From positions 35,241 to 99,240 of the forward strand of contig JBBIJY010000009.1 of assembly GCA_037445735.1 (NCBI GenBank): a DNA stretch of 64,000 nt, written 5' to 3'. Positions 10,059 through 20,251 of the stretch are shown here, in pieces. Origin of the DNA: Armatimonadota bacterium (lineage in GTDB: Bacteria > Armatimonadota > Fimbriimonadia > Fimbriimonadales > GBS-DC). The first letter of the stretch is position 1. Each line of letters starts with the position of its first letter. The notes beneath the pieces were generated by a model that saw only the letters and a list, made by a program, of their open reading frames with translations, searched no databases and was not told the DNA's origin. Both the position numbers and the translations under genes were made by a program.

Positions 10059-10317
10059 CCCCTCACCCCAGCCCTCTCCCCCGCTGGGGGAGAGGGAGCA
10101 TCCGAACCCCTCTCCCCCGCCTGCGGAGAGGGAGCATCCGAACCCCTCTCCCCCGCGTGCGGGGGAGAGGGTACGGGTGAGGGGGCTATATCCTGCACGC
10201 CTGCAAGAAACCCCTCACCCCAGCCCTCTCCCCAGAGGGAAAGCTAACCCCTCACCCCTACCCTCTCCCCTGTGGGGAGAGGGAGAAATAACTCCCTCAC
10301 CCCAGAGGGGAGAGGGA
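10059..10317. repeat. Cluster of CCCTCTCCCC...GGGGAGAGGG palindromic REP-like units (family A)
   Basis: About six hairpin units, many with CCCCTCACCC arms. Confidence 0.9.
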
Positions 10318-10318
10318 G

Positions 10319-13300
10319 TTATTCGCCTTTTTCCCCCGCCTGGAGCGATTGGAGCGCTGTCAGCACGGTCAGGAGCGTCTCCAGCGGCTGGGCGGTGAGA
10401 GGCAGGCTCATCTTTTCGGGGCGCGTGCGGATAAAGGCAAACTGCCGCTGCAACGCCGTCTGCCAGCGCGCTTTCAGCCGCCGTTCAGGCTTGAAATCAA
10501 CTATCAGCCGATTGCCCTCTGCCTGCAGGCTGGCGGCGCCCACCGCATGCGCCAGAATGCGCACCTCCATTATGCGCAACAGGTTGCGCACGGTCGGCGG
10601 CAACTGCCCGTAGCGGTCGCGCAGCTCGCGCACGAGGTCTTTCAGCTCCTCGCGTGTGCGGCTGCCCGCGATGCGCTTGTAGTAGCCCAGCCGTTGCGCC
10701 ACATCGGGGATGTAGTCGGCGGGGATGTAGGCGTCCACTGGCAGCTGGGCAGGCGGCAGCTCCTCCTGCAGGGGCGTATCCAGCGACCAGTGCGTCTCCC
10801 CGTTGCGCAGGTGGCGGATGGCGTCGCGCAACATTGCCTGATAGAGTTCGAAGCCGACCATACGCATCGCGCCATGCTGTTCCTCACCCAGCAGGTTGCC
10901 CGCGCCGCGGATTTCGAGATCGCGCATCGCCAGCGCGAAGCCCGAACCCAGGTGGGAGAACTCCCTGAGCGCCTGCAGACGCTCCTCTGCCTTCTCGCTG
11001 AGCTTGCCCGCTTTGAACAGGAAATAGGCGTACGCCTGGCGGTCGCTGCGCCCGACGCGCCCGCGCAACTGATAGAGCTGCGCCAGCCCGAACCGCTCCG
11101 CGCCCTCCACAATCAGCGTGTTCACATTCGGCATATCCAGCCCGTTCTCGATAATCGTCGTGCTGACCAGCACATCGTAGCGGTGCTGATAGAAGTCCAG
11201 CACCGTCGCCTCCATTCGGGCGGCAGGCATCTGCCCGTGCGCGACCGCGATTCGGGCGCCGGGCACCAGTCGCTGGAGCCGCTCCGCCACATGCTGGATG
11301 CCCTGCACGCGCGGCACCACATAGAACACCTGCCCGTCGCGCTGGAGTTCACGCAGAATCGCCTCGCGCACTGTCCACTCCGTGTAGGGCAGAACATAGG
11401 TGCGGATAGGGAGCCGCCCCGGCGGCGGGTCGGTGATGAGGCTCATATCGCGGATCTCGGTGAGCGCCATATAGAGCGTGCGCGGGATGGGCGTCGCGCT
11501 CATCGTCAGCACATCGACCGCGCCACGCAACTGCTTGAACCGCTCCTTCTGCATCACGCCGAACCGCTGCTCCTCATCGATAATCACCAGCCCCAGATTG
11601 TGAAACTGCACATCTTTAGAGAGCAGGCGGTGCGTGCCGATGACCATATCGACGGCGCCCGTCTTCAGCCCGTGCAGGATGCGCCGCTGCTCGGCAGGCG
11701 TGATGAGCCGGCTCAACAGCGCAACCTGGATGCCGAACGGTTCGAACCGCTCGGTGAAGGTCTGCCAGTGTTGATACGCCAGCACGGTGGTGGGGCACAG
11801 CAGGGCGACCTGCCGACCCGACATGATGGCTTTGAAGGCGGCTCGCAGGGCGACCTCCGTTTTGCCGAAGCCCACATCGCCCACCAGCAGCCGATCCATA
11901 GGATGGGACGATTCCAGATCGCGCTTAACCTCCTGAATCGCCTGCAGCTGGCTGGGCGTTTCGAGGTATGGGAAGCCCGCCTCCATCTCCTGCTGCCAGG
12001 GTGTGTCGGGGTCGCAGGGCGGGCGGGTCGCCTTCTCGCGCAGGGCATAGAGGCGCACCAGCTCCTGCGCCACCTCCTTCGCCCTGCGGCGTGCCTGCGC
12101 CACGCGGCGCGTCCACAGCGCACTGTTGAGCCGATGGATTTCGGGCGGCTTCTCATCGGGCGCAATATATTTCTGGATGCGGTCTAACTGGTCTGTCGGC
12201 ACATAGATGCGGTCGGGGTGCGCGTATTCAATCAGCAGGTAATCGCGCCTGACCCCATCGCGCTCCAGCGTGGTCAGTCCGCGAAAGATGCCGATGCCGT
12301 GATAGAGATGTACCACATAGTCGCCGGGCTGGAGGTCCATAATGGAGGTGATGGGCACGCCCTCGTTGAATCGGCGGGGGGGCAGGCGCAGGCGATTGCG
12401 CTCGAACAGCTCCGCGTCGGTGATGAGCGCGAACCGCTGGCTGTCCCACACGAAGCCGCCGCCCAGATTGCCCCGCCAGAGCAGCAGCGGGCGCGACGCC
12501 GCATCGGTTTGGACTGCGGAAGCAGGGCTTCCGCACTCCATATCGGCGTCCGCGAAGGGTAGCTCCGCCTGGCGCAGGGCATGCTTCACCTGATTGGGGC
12601 GGTCGGTCGCGATAACAATCTGGTAGCCTGCTTCGTGCCAGCGGCGCAGGCAGTTCCAGAGGTCAGGCAGCCGCCCGCGTGTCGTCTCCAGCGAGCGTGT
12701 GCCAATCGGAACACCCCCCTCACCACTTAGCACCAGCGTGCGCGCATGCGAATCGAGCTTCTGAATCGGCTCCAGATAGGCGTCCGCCTGGAGCGGGATA
12801 ATATCGCCGCGCGATGCACGCGATTCCAGCGCCTGCTGGAGGTCGTCCATCAGCCGCTCGTATGCCATCTGCAGGCGGAGCGGCTCCTCCAGAATCAGCA
12901 CTGCATCGGCGGGCAGGTAGTCCAGCAGGCAGGCGCGTTCCGCCACCAGCCACGGCAGATAGAGTTCCAGTCGGTCAAACGGCGCGCCCTGCGACAGGGG
13001 ATGCAGGTCCGCCTCCAGATTTTCGCGCAGAACGGCTTGCAGCGCCTTCGGCTGGAGCGCGATCCGGGTTTCCCATTCGGCGCGGATGCGTTCGGCAAGC
13101 TCCGGATTGCCCATCGGCACCTCGCGGGCGGGCGGGATGCGCACCACGCGCAGGCTGGCGACCGAGCGCTGCGTGGCGGGGTCAAAACGGCGGAGGCTGA
13201 CAATCTCGTCGCCGAAGAACTCGATGCGCACAGGCGCGTTCGCACCCATCGGGAACACATCCACAATTCCGCCCCGCCGCGCGAACTGACCTGGCAACCG

Positions 13301-13987
13301 CACTGGTTCCTGATGCTCATAACCGCTCACCATCAGCTGCTGGATGAGCGCGTCAGGGGAAATGAATGGCTGGGGCGTCCCGCCCCGCAATGCCCCCTCA
13401 CCCGTACCCTCTCCCCCGCTGGGGGAGAGGGGTTCAGTTGCTCCCTCTCCCCTCTGGGGAGAGGGCTGGGGTGAGGGGTTTCCTGCAAGCCTGCGCCCCA
13501 CAGCCCCCTCACCCGTACCCTCTCCCCCGCTGGGGGAGAGGGGTTCGGACGCTTCCTCGCCATCCTCAACGGTGGCGAGGGCTAACAGCAATTGTTCAAA
13601 CATCGCGGGGGGCATCGTGCGTTGCAGGGCGGCGGCAAGCGGAGCAATCACGATGACCGATTCGCCCCGATAGAGCGCCCGCAGCGCGCGCACCCGCTCA
13701 TGCAGAACCTCCAGCTCCACTCCCGTCGGCTCCATCACGGGCGTCAACCCTGCTGGCACACGCACCAGCCGCGATTCAGGGACGCCGAGCCGCAGCAGGA
13801 TCGCCAGCCACTGCTCGGCGCGCTCCAGCGAAGGGGTCAGAATCAGCGCAGGGGCTTGCTGGTCAGCCATCAGCGCTGCTGTCAGCACAGGCGCCGACTC
13901 CGAACACACCTCGCGCCACACCAGCGGACGTCCCCCATCCCAGTCAGGCAATCCACCCCGCAACGCCTGTAGCCAGACGGGCAACAT
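10319..13987 (-). CDS. mfd: Transcription-repair coupling factor Mfd
   Basis: [44 protein letters not shown]-terminus. Confidence 0.97.
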   Translation of the reverse strand: MLPVWLQALRGGLPDWDGGRPLVWREVCSESAPVLTAALMADQQAPALILTPSLERAEQWLAILLRLGVPESRLVRVPAGLTPVMEPTGVELEVLHERVRALRALYRGESVIVIAPLAAALQRTMPPAMFEQLLLALATVEDGEEASEPLSPSGGEGTGEGAVGRRLAGNPSPQPSPQRGEGATEPLSPSGGEGTGEGALRGGTPQPFISPDALIQQLMVSGYEHQEPVRLPGQFARRGGIVDVFPMGANAPVRIEFFGDEIVSLRRFDPATQRSVASLRVVRIPPAREVPMGNPELAERIRAEWETRIALQPKALQAVLRENLEADLHPLSQGAPFDRLELYLPWLVAERACLLDYLPADAVLILEEPLRLQMAYERLMDDLQQALESRASRGDIIPLQADAYLEPIQKLDSHARTLVLSGEGGVPIGTRSLETTRGRLPDLWNCLRRWHEAGYQIVIATDRPNQVKHALRQAELPFADADMECGSPASAVQTDAASRPLLLWRGNLGGGFVWDSQRFALITDAELFERNRLRLPPRRFNEGVPITSIMDLQPGDYVVHLYHGIGIFRGLTTLERDGVRRDYLLIEYAHPDRIYVPTDQLDRIQKYIAPDEKPPEIHRLNSALWTRRVAQARRRAKEVAQELVRLYALREKATRPPCDPDTPWQQEMEAGFPYLETPSQLQAIQEVKRDLESSHPMDRLLVGDVGFGKTEVALRAAFKAIMSGRQVALLCPTTVLAYQHWQTFTERFEPFGIQVALLSRLITPAEQRRILHGLKTGAVDMVIGTHRLLSKDVQFHNLGLVIIDEEQRFGVMQKERFKQLRGAVDVLTMSATPIPRTLYMALTEIRDMSLITDPPPGRLPIRTYVLPYTEWTVREAILRELQRDGQVFYVVPRVQGIQHVAERLQRLVPGARIAVAHGQMPAARMEATVLDFYQHRYDVLVSTTIIENGLDMPNVNTLIVEGAERFGLAQLYQLRGRVGRSDRQAYAYFLFKAGKLSEKAEERLQALREFSHLGSGFALAMRDLEIRGAGNLLGEEQHGAMRMVGFELYQAMLRDAIRHLRNGETHWSLDTPLQEELPPAQLPVDAYIPADYIPDVAQRLGYYKRIAGSRTREELKDLVRELRDRYGQLPPTVRNLLRIMEVRILAHAVGAASLQAEGNRLIVDFKPERRLKARWQTALQRQFAFIRTRPEKMSLPLTAQPLETLLTVLTALQSLQAGEKGE
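12508..12542. repeat. Family B palindrome in-frame within mfd
   Basis: TGGACTGCGGAAGC-agg-GCTTCCGCACTCCA; encodes [12 protein letters not shown]. Confidence 0.75.
13392..13550. repeat. Family A REP cluster in-frame within mfd
   Basis: Three hairpin units; encodes [14 protein letters not shown]...[13 protein letters not shown]...[14 protein letters not shown]. Confidence 0.9.
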
Positions 13988-14169
13988 GCAACTTTAGAGT
14001 GTACCTCAGAAACTGTCCAGTAGTTCGCCCACCGAGCGAGGCGACGGGATTTTCAAACACCCTCGCCTCCCGGTGAGCAGGAGAGCGATTGTTCAACTGA
14101 CCTTTCAGTCGATTCCGGGCAGGAGAAGAGAGCGGAGGAGCGAATCATGAGCGACGGAGGTGAGCAACG

Positions 14170-14574
14170 ATGGGATTTCCATACAAGGACACGGAGCAGG
14201 CGAAGGCGTTCGTGCTGGGATTCATTGAGCGACTGCGCGAGGTGGATGTGATCCGGGAGGGCTGGCAAAAGCTCGATATGCTGATCGCGATTCACATCCG
14301 CCAGCCCGATATCGACTTCTGGATCGACACGCGCGGGGGCAAGCTCGAACTCTGCACCGAAAAGCCTGAAGGCGAAGAGGAAGCCGCGTTGACCCTGACC
14401 GCCGACCTGTTCCACAAACTCTACACGGGTCAGGAGAACGCGATGATGGCGTTCACACAGCGCAAGATTCAGCCCAGAGGGCGCGTGAGCGGCATCATGC
14501 AGCTGACCAGCACCATGCCGCAGGCGGTGGCGGTCTATCGGGAGTACCTCAAGGAGCGCGGGCTGGAACCCTAA
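14170..14574 (+). CDS. SCP2 sterol/lipid-binding domain protein
   Basis: LTLTADLFHKLYTGQENAMMAFTQRKIQPRG pattern; GGAGG SD. Confidence 0.7.
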   Translation: MGFPYKDTEQAKAFVLGFIERLREVDVIREGWQKLDMLIAIHIRQPDIDFWIDTRGGKLELCTEKPEGEEEAALTLTADLFHKLYTGQENAMMAFTQRKIQPRGRVSGIMQLTSTMPQAVAVYREYLKERGLEP

Positions 14575-14581
14575 AAAAAGA

Positions 14582-14658
14582 TGGTAGCCCCAGGGGGATT
14601 CGAACCCCCGTCCTCCTGGCTGAGAACCAGGCGTCCTAGACCGCTAGACCATGGGGCC
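14582..14658 (-). tRNA. tRNA-Glu (CTC)
   Basis: Cloverleaf with CCTGG-TTCTCAG-CCAGG anticodon arm, GTTCGAATC T-loop, encoded CCA. Confidence 0.95.
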
Positions 14659-14710
14659 ACCCGCCGTTCTGCATGATACCCACTTGATGACGGGAAAGTC
14701 AAGAGGAGAG

Positions 14711-14842
14711 GATGCCCCTCACCCGTACCCTCGCCCCCGCTGGGGGAGAGAGAGAGTTATTAGCCCCTCTCCCCCGCCTGCGGGGGAGAGGGTATGGGTG
14801 AGGGGGCTTCACACAGACGGATATGATGCCAGCGATTTTTCG
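14711..14842. repeat. Family A REP pair with tail; partial copy of the element at 27731-27900
   Basis: Shares the GGCTTCACACAG..GATATGATG..GCGA.TTTTCG tail with 27855-27891. Confidence 0.8.
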
Positions 14843-14980
14843 GATGGAGCGGAGCCATTGCAAAAAGATGGGTGTTCCACACTCACGCGCTTAAAGGCTC
14901 CTCCGGCAAGCACCGGGCGCAGGTAAAGGGTACCGCGCCCCACCGCTACCCCGTAAAAATACGGGTTTTTTGTGTTTCCC

Positions 14981-15010
14981 TTGACAGAACCGCGCATGTT
15001 GGGCTATAAT
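14981..15010 (+). promoter_or_regulatory. Consensus sigma70 promoter
   Basis: TTGACA-18 nt-TATAAT. Confidence 0.8.
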
Positions 15011-15150
15011 AGCGGTACAGGTACGCGCCCTGTTCTGATTCGGGCGGCTCCGAGGCACTGATTACATCCTAGCTCCAGACAAAATCCTTCAGCCCGAAGC
15101 CGAGAGAAGGGTGTCGTCCTGAAAAAAACCATCGAAAGGAGGTGTTTGTT

Positions 15151-15891
15151 GTGAGCCTGAAAGGTATCGCAGCAGTGCTTGTGGTAGTGTGTGCTGGCAC
15201 GCTGGCACATGCCCAGACTGTTCTGTGGGACACCGGGGCGCCACACCAGGTGGTCTTTAATAACAATCCCACCTATCTGGGCTATGTGTCAGGGAATGCA
15301 GGCGCCGGGCTGGAACAGCGCTGGGCGGCTATCCCCTTCCGTCTGCCCGGACCCATCTCCGTGATCACCCAGATTGATGTGGACTGGTTCATCGTCGCCG
15401 GTCAGGAGGCGGAAACCGTTAACTACATTATCTGGCGTCGGAACGGTTTGAATCGCCCCGTGGATGGTGACCAGGTAGCATCAGGGGTGCTTGGTGCCTT
15501 TGGCCCGGGCATCGATGATCCGCGTGTACCTGGCACCGAGGATTGGCTCCATCAGTACACGGGTTTGAATATCTCTCTGCCCGGGGGCGACTATTACCTC
15601 ACCGTTTACGGGGATGGCGGGACGGCTCCCAATGTTATTGCCTGGCTCACTGGAGGCGACCTGCAAGCCGAAGACCTGGAGCAGGGGTTTATGTGGCGCT
15701 CGGCGACCTTCCCCAATCCCGGATTCCAGCAATATGCTCCAAGCACCATTCAGCCTGCGCCGGGTCAGGACCCCGACGATCGCTGGAACCCATCCTTCAC
15801 CATCTATGGGTATATCGTGCCTGAGCCAGCAACTCTACTGGCACTGAGCGCGGGGCTGGCAGGAGTTGCACTCCGTCGACGGAAGCGATAG
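15151..15891 (+). CDS. PEP-CTERM sorting domain protein
   Basis: AAGGAGG SD, signal peptide, C-terminal VPEPATLLALSAGLAGVALRRRKR. Confidence 0.9.
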   Translation: MSLKGIAAVLVVVCAGTLAHAQTVLWDTGAPHQVVFNNNPTYLGYVSGNAGAGLEQRWAAIPFRLPGPISVITQIDVDWFIVAGQEAETVNYIIWRRNGLNRPVDGDQVASGVLGAFGPGIDDPRVPGTEDWLHQYTGLNISLPGGDYYLTVYGDGGTAPNVIAWLTGGDLQAEDLEQGFMWRSATFPNPGFQQYAPSTIQPAPGQDPDDRWNPSFTIYGYIVPEPATLLALSAGLAGVALRRRKR

Positions 15892-15912
15892 CAGCCTGCC
15901 TTCGGTCCGACT

Positions 15913-15949
15913 CATCCCACCCCCTCTGCATGAGGGGGTGGGATGTTTT
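15913..15949 (+). terminator. Rho-independent terminator
   Basis: CATCCCACCCCCTC...GAGGGGGTGGGATG followed by TTTT, between convergent genes. Confidence 0.7.
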
Positions 15950-15967
15950 ATGGGGATGCGGCGCTTC

Positions 15968-17281
15968 CTATGGGCGGGCGCGATACTTCTCGTAGAGCCG
16001 AATGTGCTTGCTGGTCATCTCGATGGGGCGTCCAGCAATCCACACCTGGCGCACCTGCGTGCGGATGTCCAGCGGGTCGCCCGTGGTGAGAATGAGATTC
16101 GCGTCTTTGCCGGGTTCGATCGTGCCGAGCCGATGCTCCAGCCCCAGAATGCGCGCAGGGTAGAGCGTGATGGCTTTCAGACCCTCTTCGTAGGGCAATC
16201 CGAAGGCGACCGCCGTCGCCACATGGTAAGGCAGGTTGCGCACATTGCTGTCATCCGCGCTGGCGATGCAGAACAGCACGCCCTTCTCGTGGAGCCGGCG
16301 CGGCTCGGTGAACGGCTCGTCATACGGCGCGTCCTCGCTGCGAGGGAGCTGATGCACGCGCTGTAAGATCACGGGCACACCCTTTTCGCGCAGTAAGTCG
16401 GCGACTTTCCATGCCTCGTCGCCGCCCACAATCACGATTCGCACCTTCTCTTCCTCCGCCCAGCGGACGGCTGCCTGAATGCCCAGCGCACTGGTAACGC
16501 GCACAAACAGTAGCAGCTTGCCCTCCAGGATGGGTAGCATCGCTTCGAAGCGCGGGTCGCGCTCGTGCAGGGGTACGCCGTCTTTGCCTTCGGTGCTGCG
16601 AGCGCGGGCGTAGCGGCGCGCGTTCTCGAAAAACTCACGCAGCGGTCGCATGCGGCTCTCCCAGTCGCGCAGGCGCGACTCCGCCGACTGACCCGCCTCG
16701 CCCGACGGCGATGGGAAGTTCACAAAGACCCCAATCGGTGTCTTGAGGCACATGTCTTCCCATGTCCAGCCGTCCAGATTGATCACGCAGCCCATGCCCG
16801 ACAGCATGCCGCCGCTGGGCGCGACCACCGCCGTGGTGATACCGTTCACACGGGCGACAGGGATCAGCTCCGAATCGGGATTGATGGCGATTTCGGCGCG
16901 CACATTCGGGTTGAACGCGCCCGTCTCGGCGGTATCGTTGGTGGCGGGCACGGAGCCGACCTCGGTCAGCCCCAGCGTGGTACTGGCATCGATGAAGCCC
17001 GGATAGAGGTGCAGCCCCTTCGCATCGTACACCTGCGCATCGGGCGGCACGCTCACCTGCGTGCCCACCGCCTCGATGCGCCCGTCGCGAATCAGCACCG
17101 TCGCGCCCTCTATCGTCGCGCCACTGATCGGATGAACCGTCGCATTAACAATCGCGTAAACGCCCTTCGTGGTGAGCGGTCGCTCGCGCGACGCCGTGTA
17201 CACGGGTCCCAGCGAGCTGCCAGACCCATCCCACGCCAAGCCACCAAGCCATAAACCCAGCATCCACAGCCATGCACGCAT
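15968..17281 (-). CDS. Amidohydrolase family protein (secreted)
   Basis: LYPGFIDA, GTIEPGKDANL motifs; signal peptide. Confidence 0.85.
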   Translation of the reverse strand: MRAWLWMLGLWLGGLAWDGSGSSLGPVYTASRERPLTTKGVYAIVNATVHPISGATIEGATVLIRDGRIEAVGTQVSVPPDAQVYDAKGLHLYPGFIDASTTLGLTEVGSVPATNDTAETGAFNPNVRAEIAINPDSELIPVARVNGITTAVVAPSGGMLSGMGCVINLDGWTWEDMCLKTPIGVFVNFPSPSGEAGQSAESRLRDWESRMRPLREFFENARRYARARSTEGKDGVPLHERDPRFEAMLPILEGKLLLFVRVTSALGIQAAVRWAEEEKVRIVIVGGDEAWKVADLLREKGVPVILQRVHQLPRSEDAPYDEPFTEPRRLHEKGVLFCIASADDSNVRNLPYHVATAVAFGLPYEEGLKAITLYPARILGLEHRLGTIEPGKDANLILTTGDPLDIRTQVRQVWIAGRPIEMTSKHIRLYEKYRARP

Positions 17282-17428
17282 AGCGAATCTTCCTTTTCAC
17301 GCCCCGAAGCCACTTTCCTGCAAAAGCGCGGCGAAAACCCGATAATTAATCGGGAACCTGACGCGCCAGCGCACCGACAGAAGGCATGTGGATGGGGTAC
17401 AATAGAATCGCATGGAGGACGAAGCGGA

Positions 17429-17833
17429 ATGAAGAAGATTCTGGTGGTAGATGACGAGCGACACATTGTGCGCCTGATTCAGGTCAACCTGGAGCGTCAG
17501 GGCTATCAGGTCGTCACGGCACACGACGGGAAGGAGGCGCTGGAGAAGGTGGCTTCCGAGAAGCCCGATCTGGTCGTGCTGGATGTGATGATGCCCTATA
17601 TGGACGGTTTTGAGGTTCTGCGCCACCTGCGGCGCGATCCGGAGACGGCGGAGCTGCCCGTGATTATGCTGACCGCGAAGGCGCAGGATATGGATGTGTT
17701 CCGCGGGTATCAGGAGGGCGTCGATATGTACCTGACGAAGCCGTTCAACCCGCAGGAGCTGCTGGCGTTTGTGCGACGGATTTTCCGCGCACGCGAGACA
17801 GGTGAAGATGGTGAAAGCCGCTACCAACTCTGA
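17429..17833 (+). CDS. Single-domain response regulator (receiver)
   Basis: ILVVDDE, LDVMMP, YLTKPF. Confidence 0.93.
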   Translation: MKKILVVDDERHIVRLIQVNLERQGYQVVTAHDGKEALEKVASEKPDLVVLDVMMPYMDGFEVLRHLRRDPETAELPVIMLTAKAQDMDVFRGYQEGVDMYLTKPFNPQELLAFVRRIFRARETGEDGESRYQL

Positions 17834-18035
17834 GGGTCGCGCTCGCTACTGGTATGGCTGGATGCTCGGCGCAGCGGTGATTACCGCCGCGATTACCGCG
17901 CTGGCGGTCTATCGGCGCGTGCAGGAGCGCCACGCGCAGCCCGAATATCGCGCGGAGCGCGCCTATCAGCGCGGGCTGAAACAGGTGCAGACGGTGGAGG
18001 AGCGCATCCCGCGCTGGCTGGCGGAGCGCAGCTGA
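17808..18035 (+). CDS. Small membrane-anchored hypothetical protein
   Basis: One TM segment, host-like codon use, fills the gap before purA. Confidence 0.55.
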   Translation: MVKAATNSEGRARYWYGWMLGAAVITAAITALAVYRRVQERHAQPEYRAERAYQRGLKQVQTVEERIPRWLAERS

Positions 18036-18101
18036 GCGCCTGCCAGAAGCCGTTCGCAACGCGACACACCCAACCCCCATCGCTATTCATGGAGGCACAG
18101 C

Positions 18102-19370
18102 GTGGCGGTTAAAGTGGTGGTGGGCGCCCAGTGGGGCGACGAAGCCAAAGGCAAAATCGTCGACCTGTTCGCACAGGATGCCGATTTCGTCGTGCGCTAC
18201 GCCGGCGGTAGCAACGCCGGACACACCGTCTGCACCGATGGACAAACCTATAAGTTCCATCTGATCCCCTCCGGCATTCTGCACCCGCGGGTGACGCCCG
18301 TGATCGCCGACGGCGTGGTGGTGGATCTGTGGGCGCTGGAGTCGGAAGCGGACGCGCTTGCCCGACAGGGCATCGATGTCTCACGCCTGCGCATCGGGCT
18401 GGGCGCGCACCTGACCCTGCCCTACCACCGTATGCTGGACGAGCTGAGCGAATCGCACGCTGATGGGCGGCTCGGCACCACCCGCCGCGGCATCGGACCC
18501 GCCTACGCCGACAAAGCCGCCCGAATCGGGCTGCGCATGGCAGACCTGCTGGACCCTGAACGCTGTCGAACCCGCCTGCTGCGCGTGCTGACCACCCGCA
18601 ACGCGACCTTTCAGCGGGTGTATCACGCGCCGCCCCTCGACGCCGACGCGCTGCTAACTGAACTGATGCGCCTTGCAGAGCGGTGGCGGGCATGCCTCGT
18701 GGATGTGCCTGCCCTGCTGATGGACGCGCTGGATGCAGGACGCGGAATCGTGCTGGAGGGCGCGCAGGGAACCCTGCTCGATCTGGATTACGGCACCTAC
18801 CCCTATGTGACCTCGTCGCATCCGGTGGCGGCGGGCGCATGTCTGGGCACGGGCATCCCGCCGCGCCAGCTGGACGAAATCTGGGGCGTGGCAAAAGCCT
18901 ACACCACGCGCGTGGGCGAGGGACCCTTCCCGACGGAGCTGGCAGACGAGGTGGGCGACTATATTCGTGAGCGCGGGCGCGAGTATGGCACCACCACCGG
19001 GCGCGCCCGCCGCTGCGGATGGCTCGATCTGGTCGCCCTGCGCTACGCCGCCCGAATCAACGGCTTTGACGCGCTGGCTATCACCCTGCTCGATGTGCTG
19101 TCGGGATTGCCGACGCTTCGAGTCTGCACCGCCTATCGGCTGGGTGGGAGGCTCACGGAGCGATTTATCCCCGACGGCTTCACCCTCGCCCGCTGCGAAC
19201 CCGTCTATACCGAGCTGCCAGGCTGGCAGGAGGACATCAGCGACTGCCAGCAGCGCGACCAGCTGCCGCCAAACGCCCAGCGCTATCTGGAGTTCATCGA
19301 ATCGTATGTGGGCGTGCCGATCCGAATCATCTCCGTCGGCGCCAGCCGCGAACAGACCATCCTCTGCTGA
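18102..19370 (+). CDS. purA: Adenylosuccinate synthetase
   Basis: GAQWGDEAKGK, GGSNAGHT, EYGTTTGRARRCGW. Confidence 0.98.
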   Translation: MAVKVVVGAQWGDEAKGKIVDLFAQDADFVVRYAGGSNAGHTVCTDGQTYKFHLIPSGILHPRVTPVIADGVVVDLWALESEADALARQGIDVSRLRIGLGAHLTLPYHRMLDELSESHADGRLGTTRRGIGPAYADKAARIGLRMADLLDPERCRTRLLRVLTTRNATFQRVYHAPPLDADALLTELMRLAERWRACLVDVPALLMDALDAGRGIVLEGAQGTLLDLDYGTYPYVTSSHPVAAGACLGTGIPPRQLDEIWGVAKAYTTRVGEGPFPTELADEVGDYIRERGREYGTTTGRARRCGWLDLVALRYAARINGFDALAITLLDVLSGLPTLRVCTAYRLGGRLTERFIPDGFTLARCEPVYTELPGWQEDISDCQQRDQLPPNAQRYLEFIESYVGVPIRIISVGASREQTILC

Positions 19371-19431
19371 TACTGTGGCAGGAGTGTCGTGCTAACCGTC
19401 GAATCGCTGGGTCGAGAGCGAGGAGAGGCAG

Positions 19432-20148
19432 ATGCTGATACCGATACGCGACCATAACCCGACGCGGCGGTTCCCTATCGTCACGGTGGCGCTGATAGTG
19501 GTCAACACCATCGTGTTCCTGATGCAGCAGTTCGACCCGCACATCACGCTCTACTACTCGGCGATACCTGCGGAGGTGCTGCGCAATCAGCCCGGCGTCC
19601 TCTATGTGCCTGTGGAGGTGATGCCGGGCATCGTTCAGCGTGTGCCCATCGAGCGCGAGGTTGCGCCTCAAATCACCCTCTTCACCTCGATGTTTCTACA
19701 CGGTGGCTGGCTGCACCTGATTGGCAACATGTGGTCGCTGTGGATATTTGGCAACAATGTGGAGGACACGCTGGGGCACTGGCGCTATCTGGTTTTGTAT
19801 ATCGTGTGGGGCTATCTGGCGGCGTGGTCGCACATTTTGCCGAACATGAACTCCACAGTGCCGGTGGTGGGCGCGAGCGGCGCGATTGCGGGCGTGATGG
19901 GCGCGTACGCGCTCCTCTTTCCGCATGCGCGACTGGACTGCATGCTGCTCTTTTTCGTGCTGACCTTCGTGGAGGTGCCCGCGATCTTCTTTCTGGTGTT
20001 CTGGTTCGTGTCGCAGTTCTTTGTGGCGTCGCCCGGGATTGCCTATCTGGCGCATATCGGGGGTTTCGTGGCGGGCTGGGTGACCATCAAACTGCTGGGT
20101 GGTCGCGACGCGCTGCTGCCCCACCGCCGCTACTGGGACGATTACTGA
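19432..20148 (+). CDS. Rhomboid family intramembrane serine protease
   Basis: SMFLHGGWLHLIGNM, GASGAIAG, AHIGGF. Confidence 0.93.
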   Translation: MLIPIRDHNPTRRFPIVTVALIVVNTIVFLMQQFDPHITLYYSAIPAEVLRNQPGVLYVPVEVMPGIVQRVPIEREVAPQITLFTSMFLHGGWLHLIGNMWSLWIFGNNVEDTLGHWRYLVLYIVWGYLAAWSHILPNMNSTVPVVGASGAIAGVMGAYALLFPHARLDCMLLFFVLTFVEVPAIFFLVFWFVSQFFVASPGIAYLAHIGGFVAGWVTIKLLGGRDALLPHRRYWDDY

Positions 20149-20251
20149 TTCAGACGGAAAAAAAAACCCGAATCGGGACTAAAGCCCCTTTTCCATCGCC
20201 AATTTTGGGGTATACTTTAGGTGCAGGTTCATTACCTGCAAAGGAGGCTTA

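Noticed and set aside
10059-10317. Family A clusters as a CRISPR array
   Set aside because: Units vary in length and orientation, lack unique regular spacers and recur throughout the window, including inside genes
14582-14658. tRNA-Glu or tRNA-Pro as prophage/island attachment sites
   Set aside because: No duplicated tRNA 3' end, integrase or phage genes seen nearby
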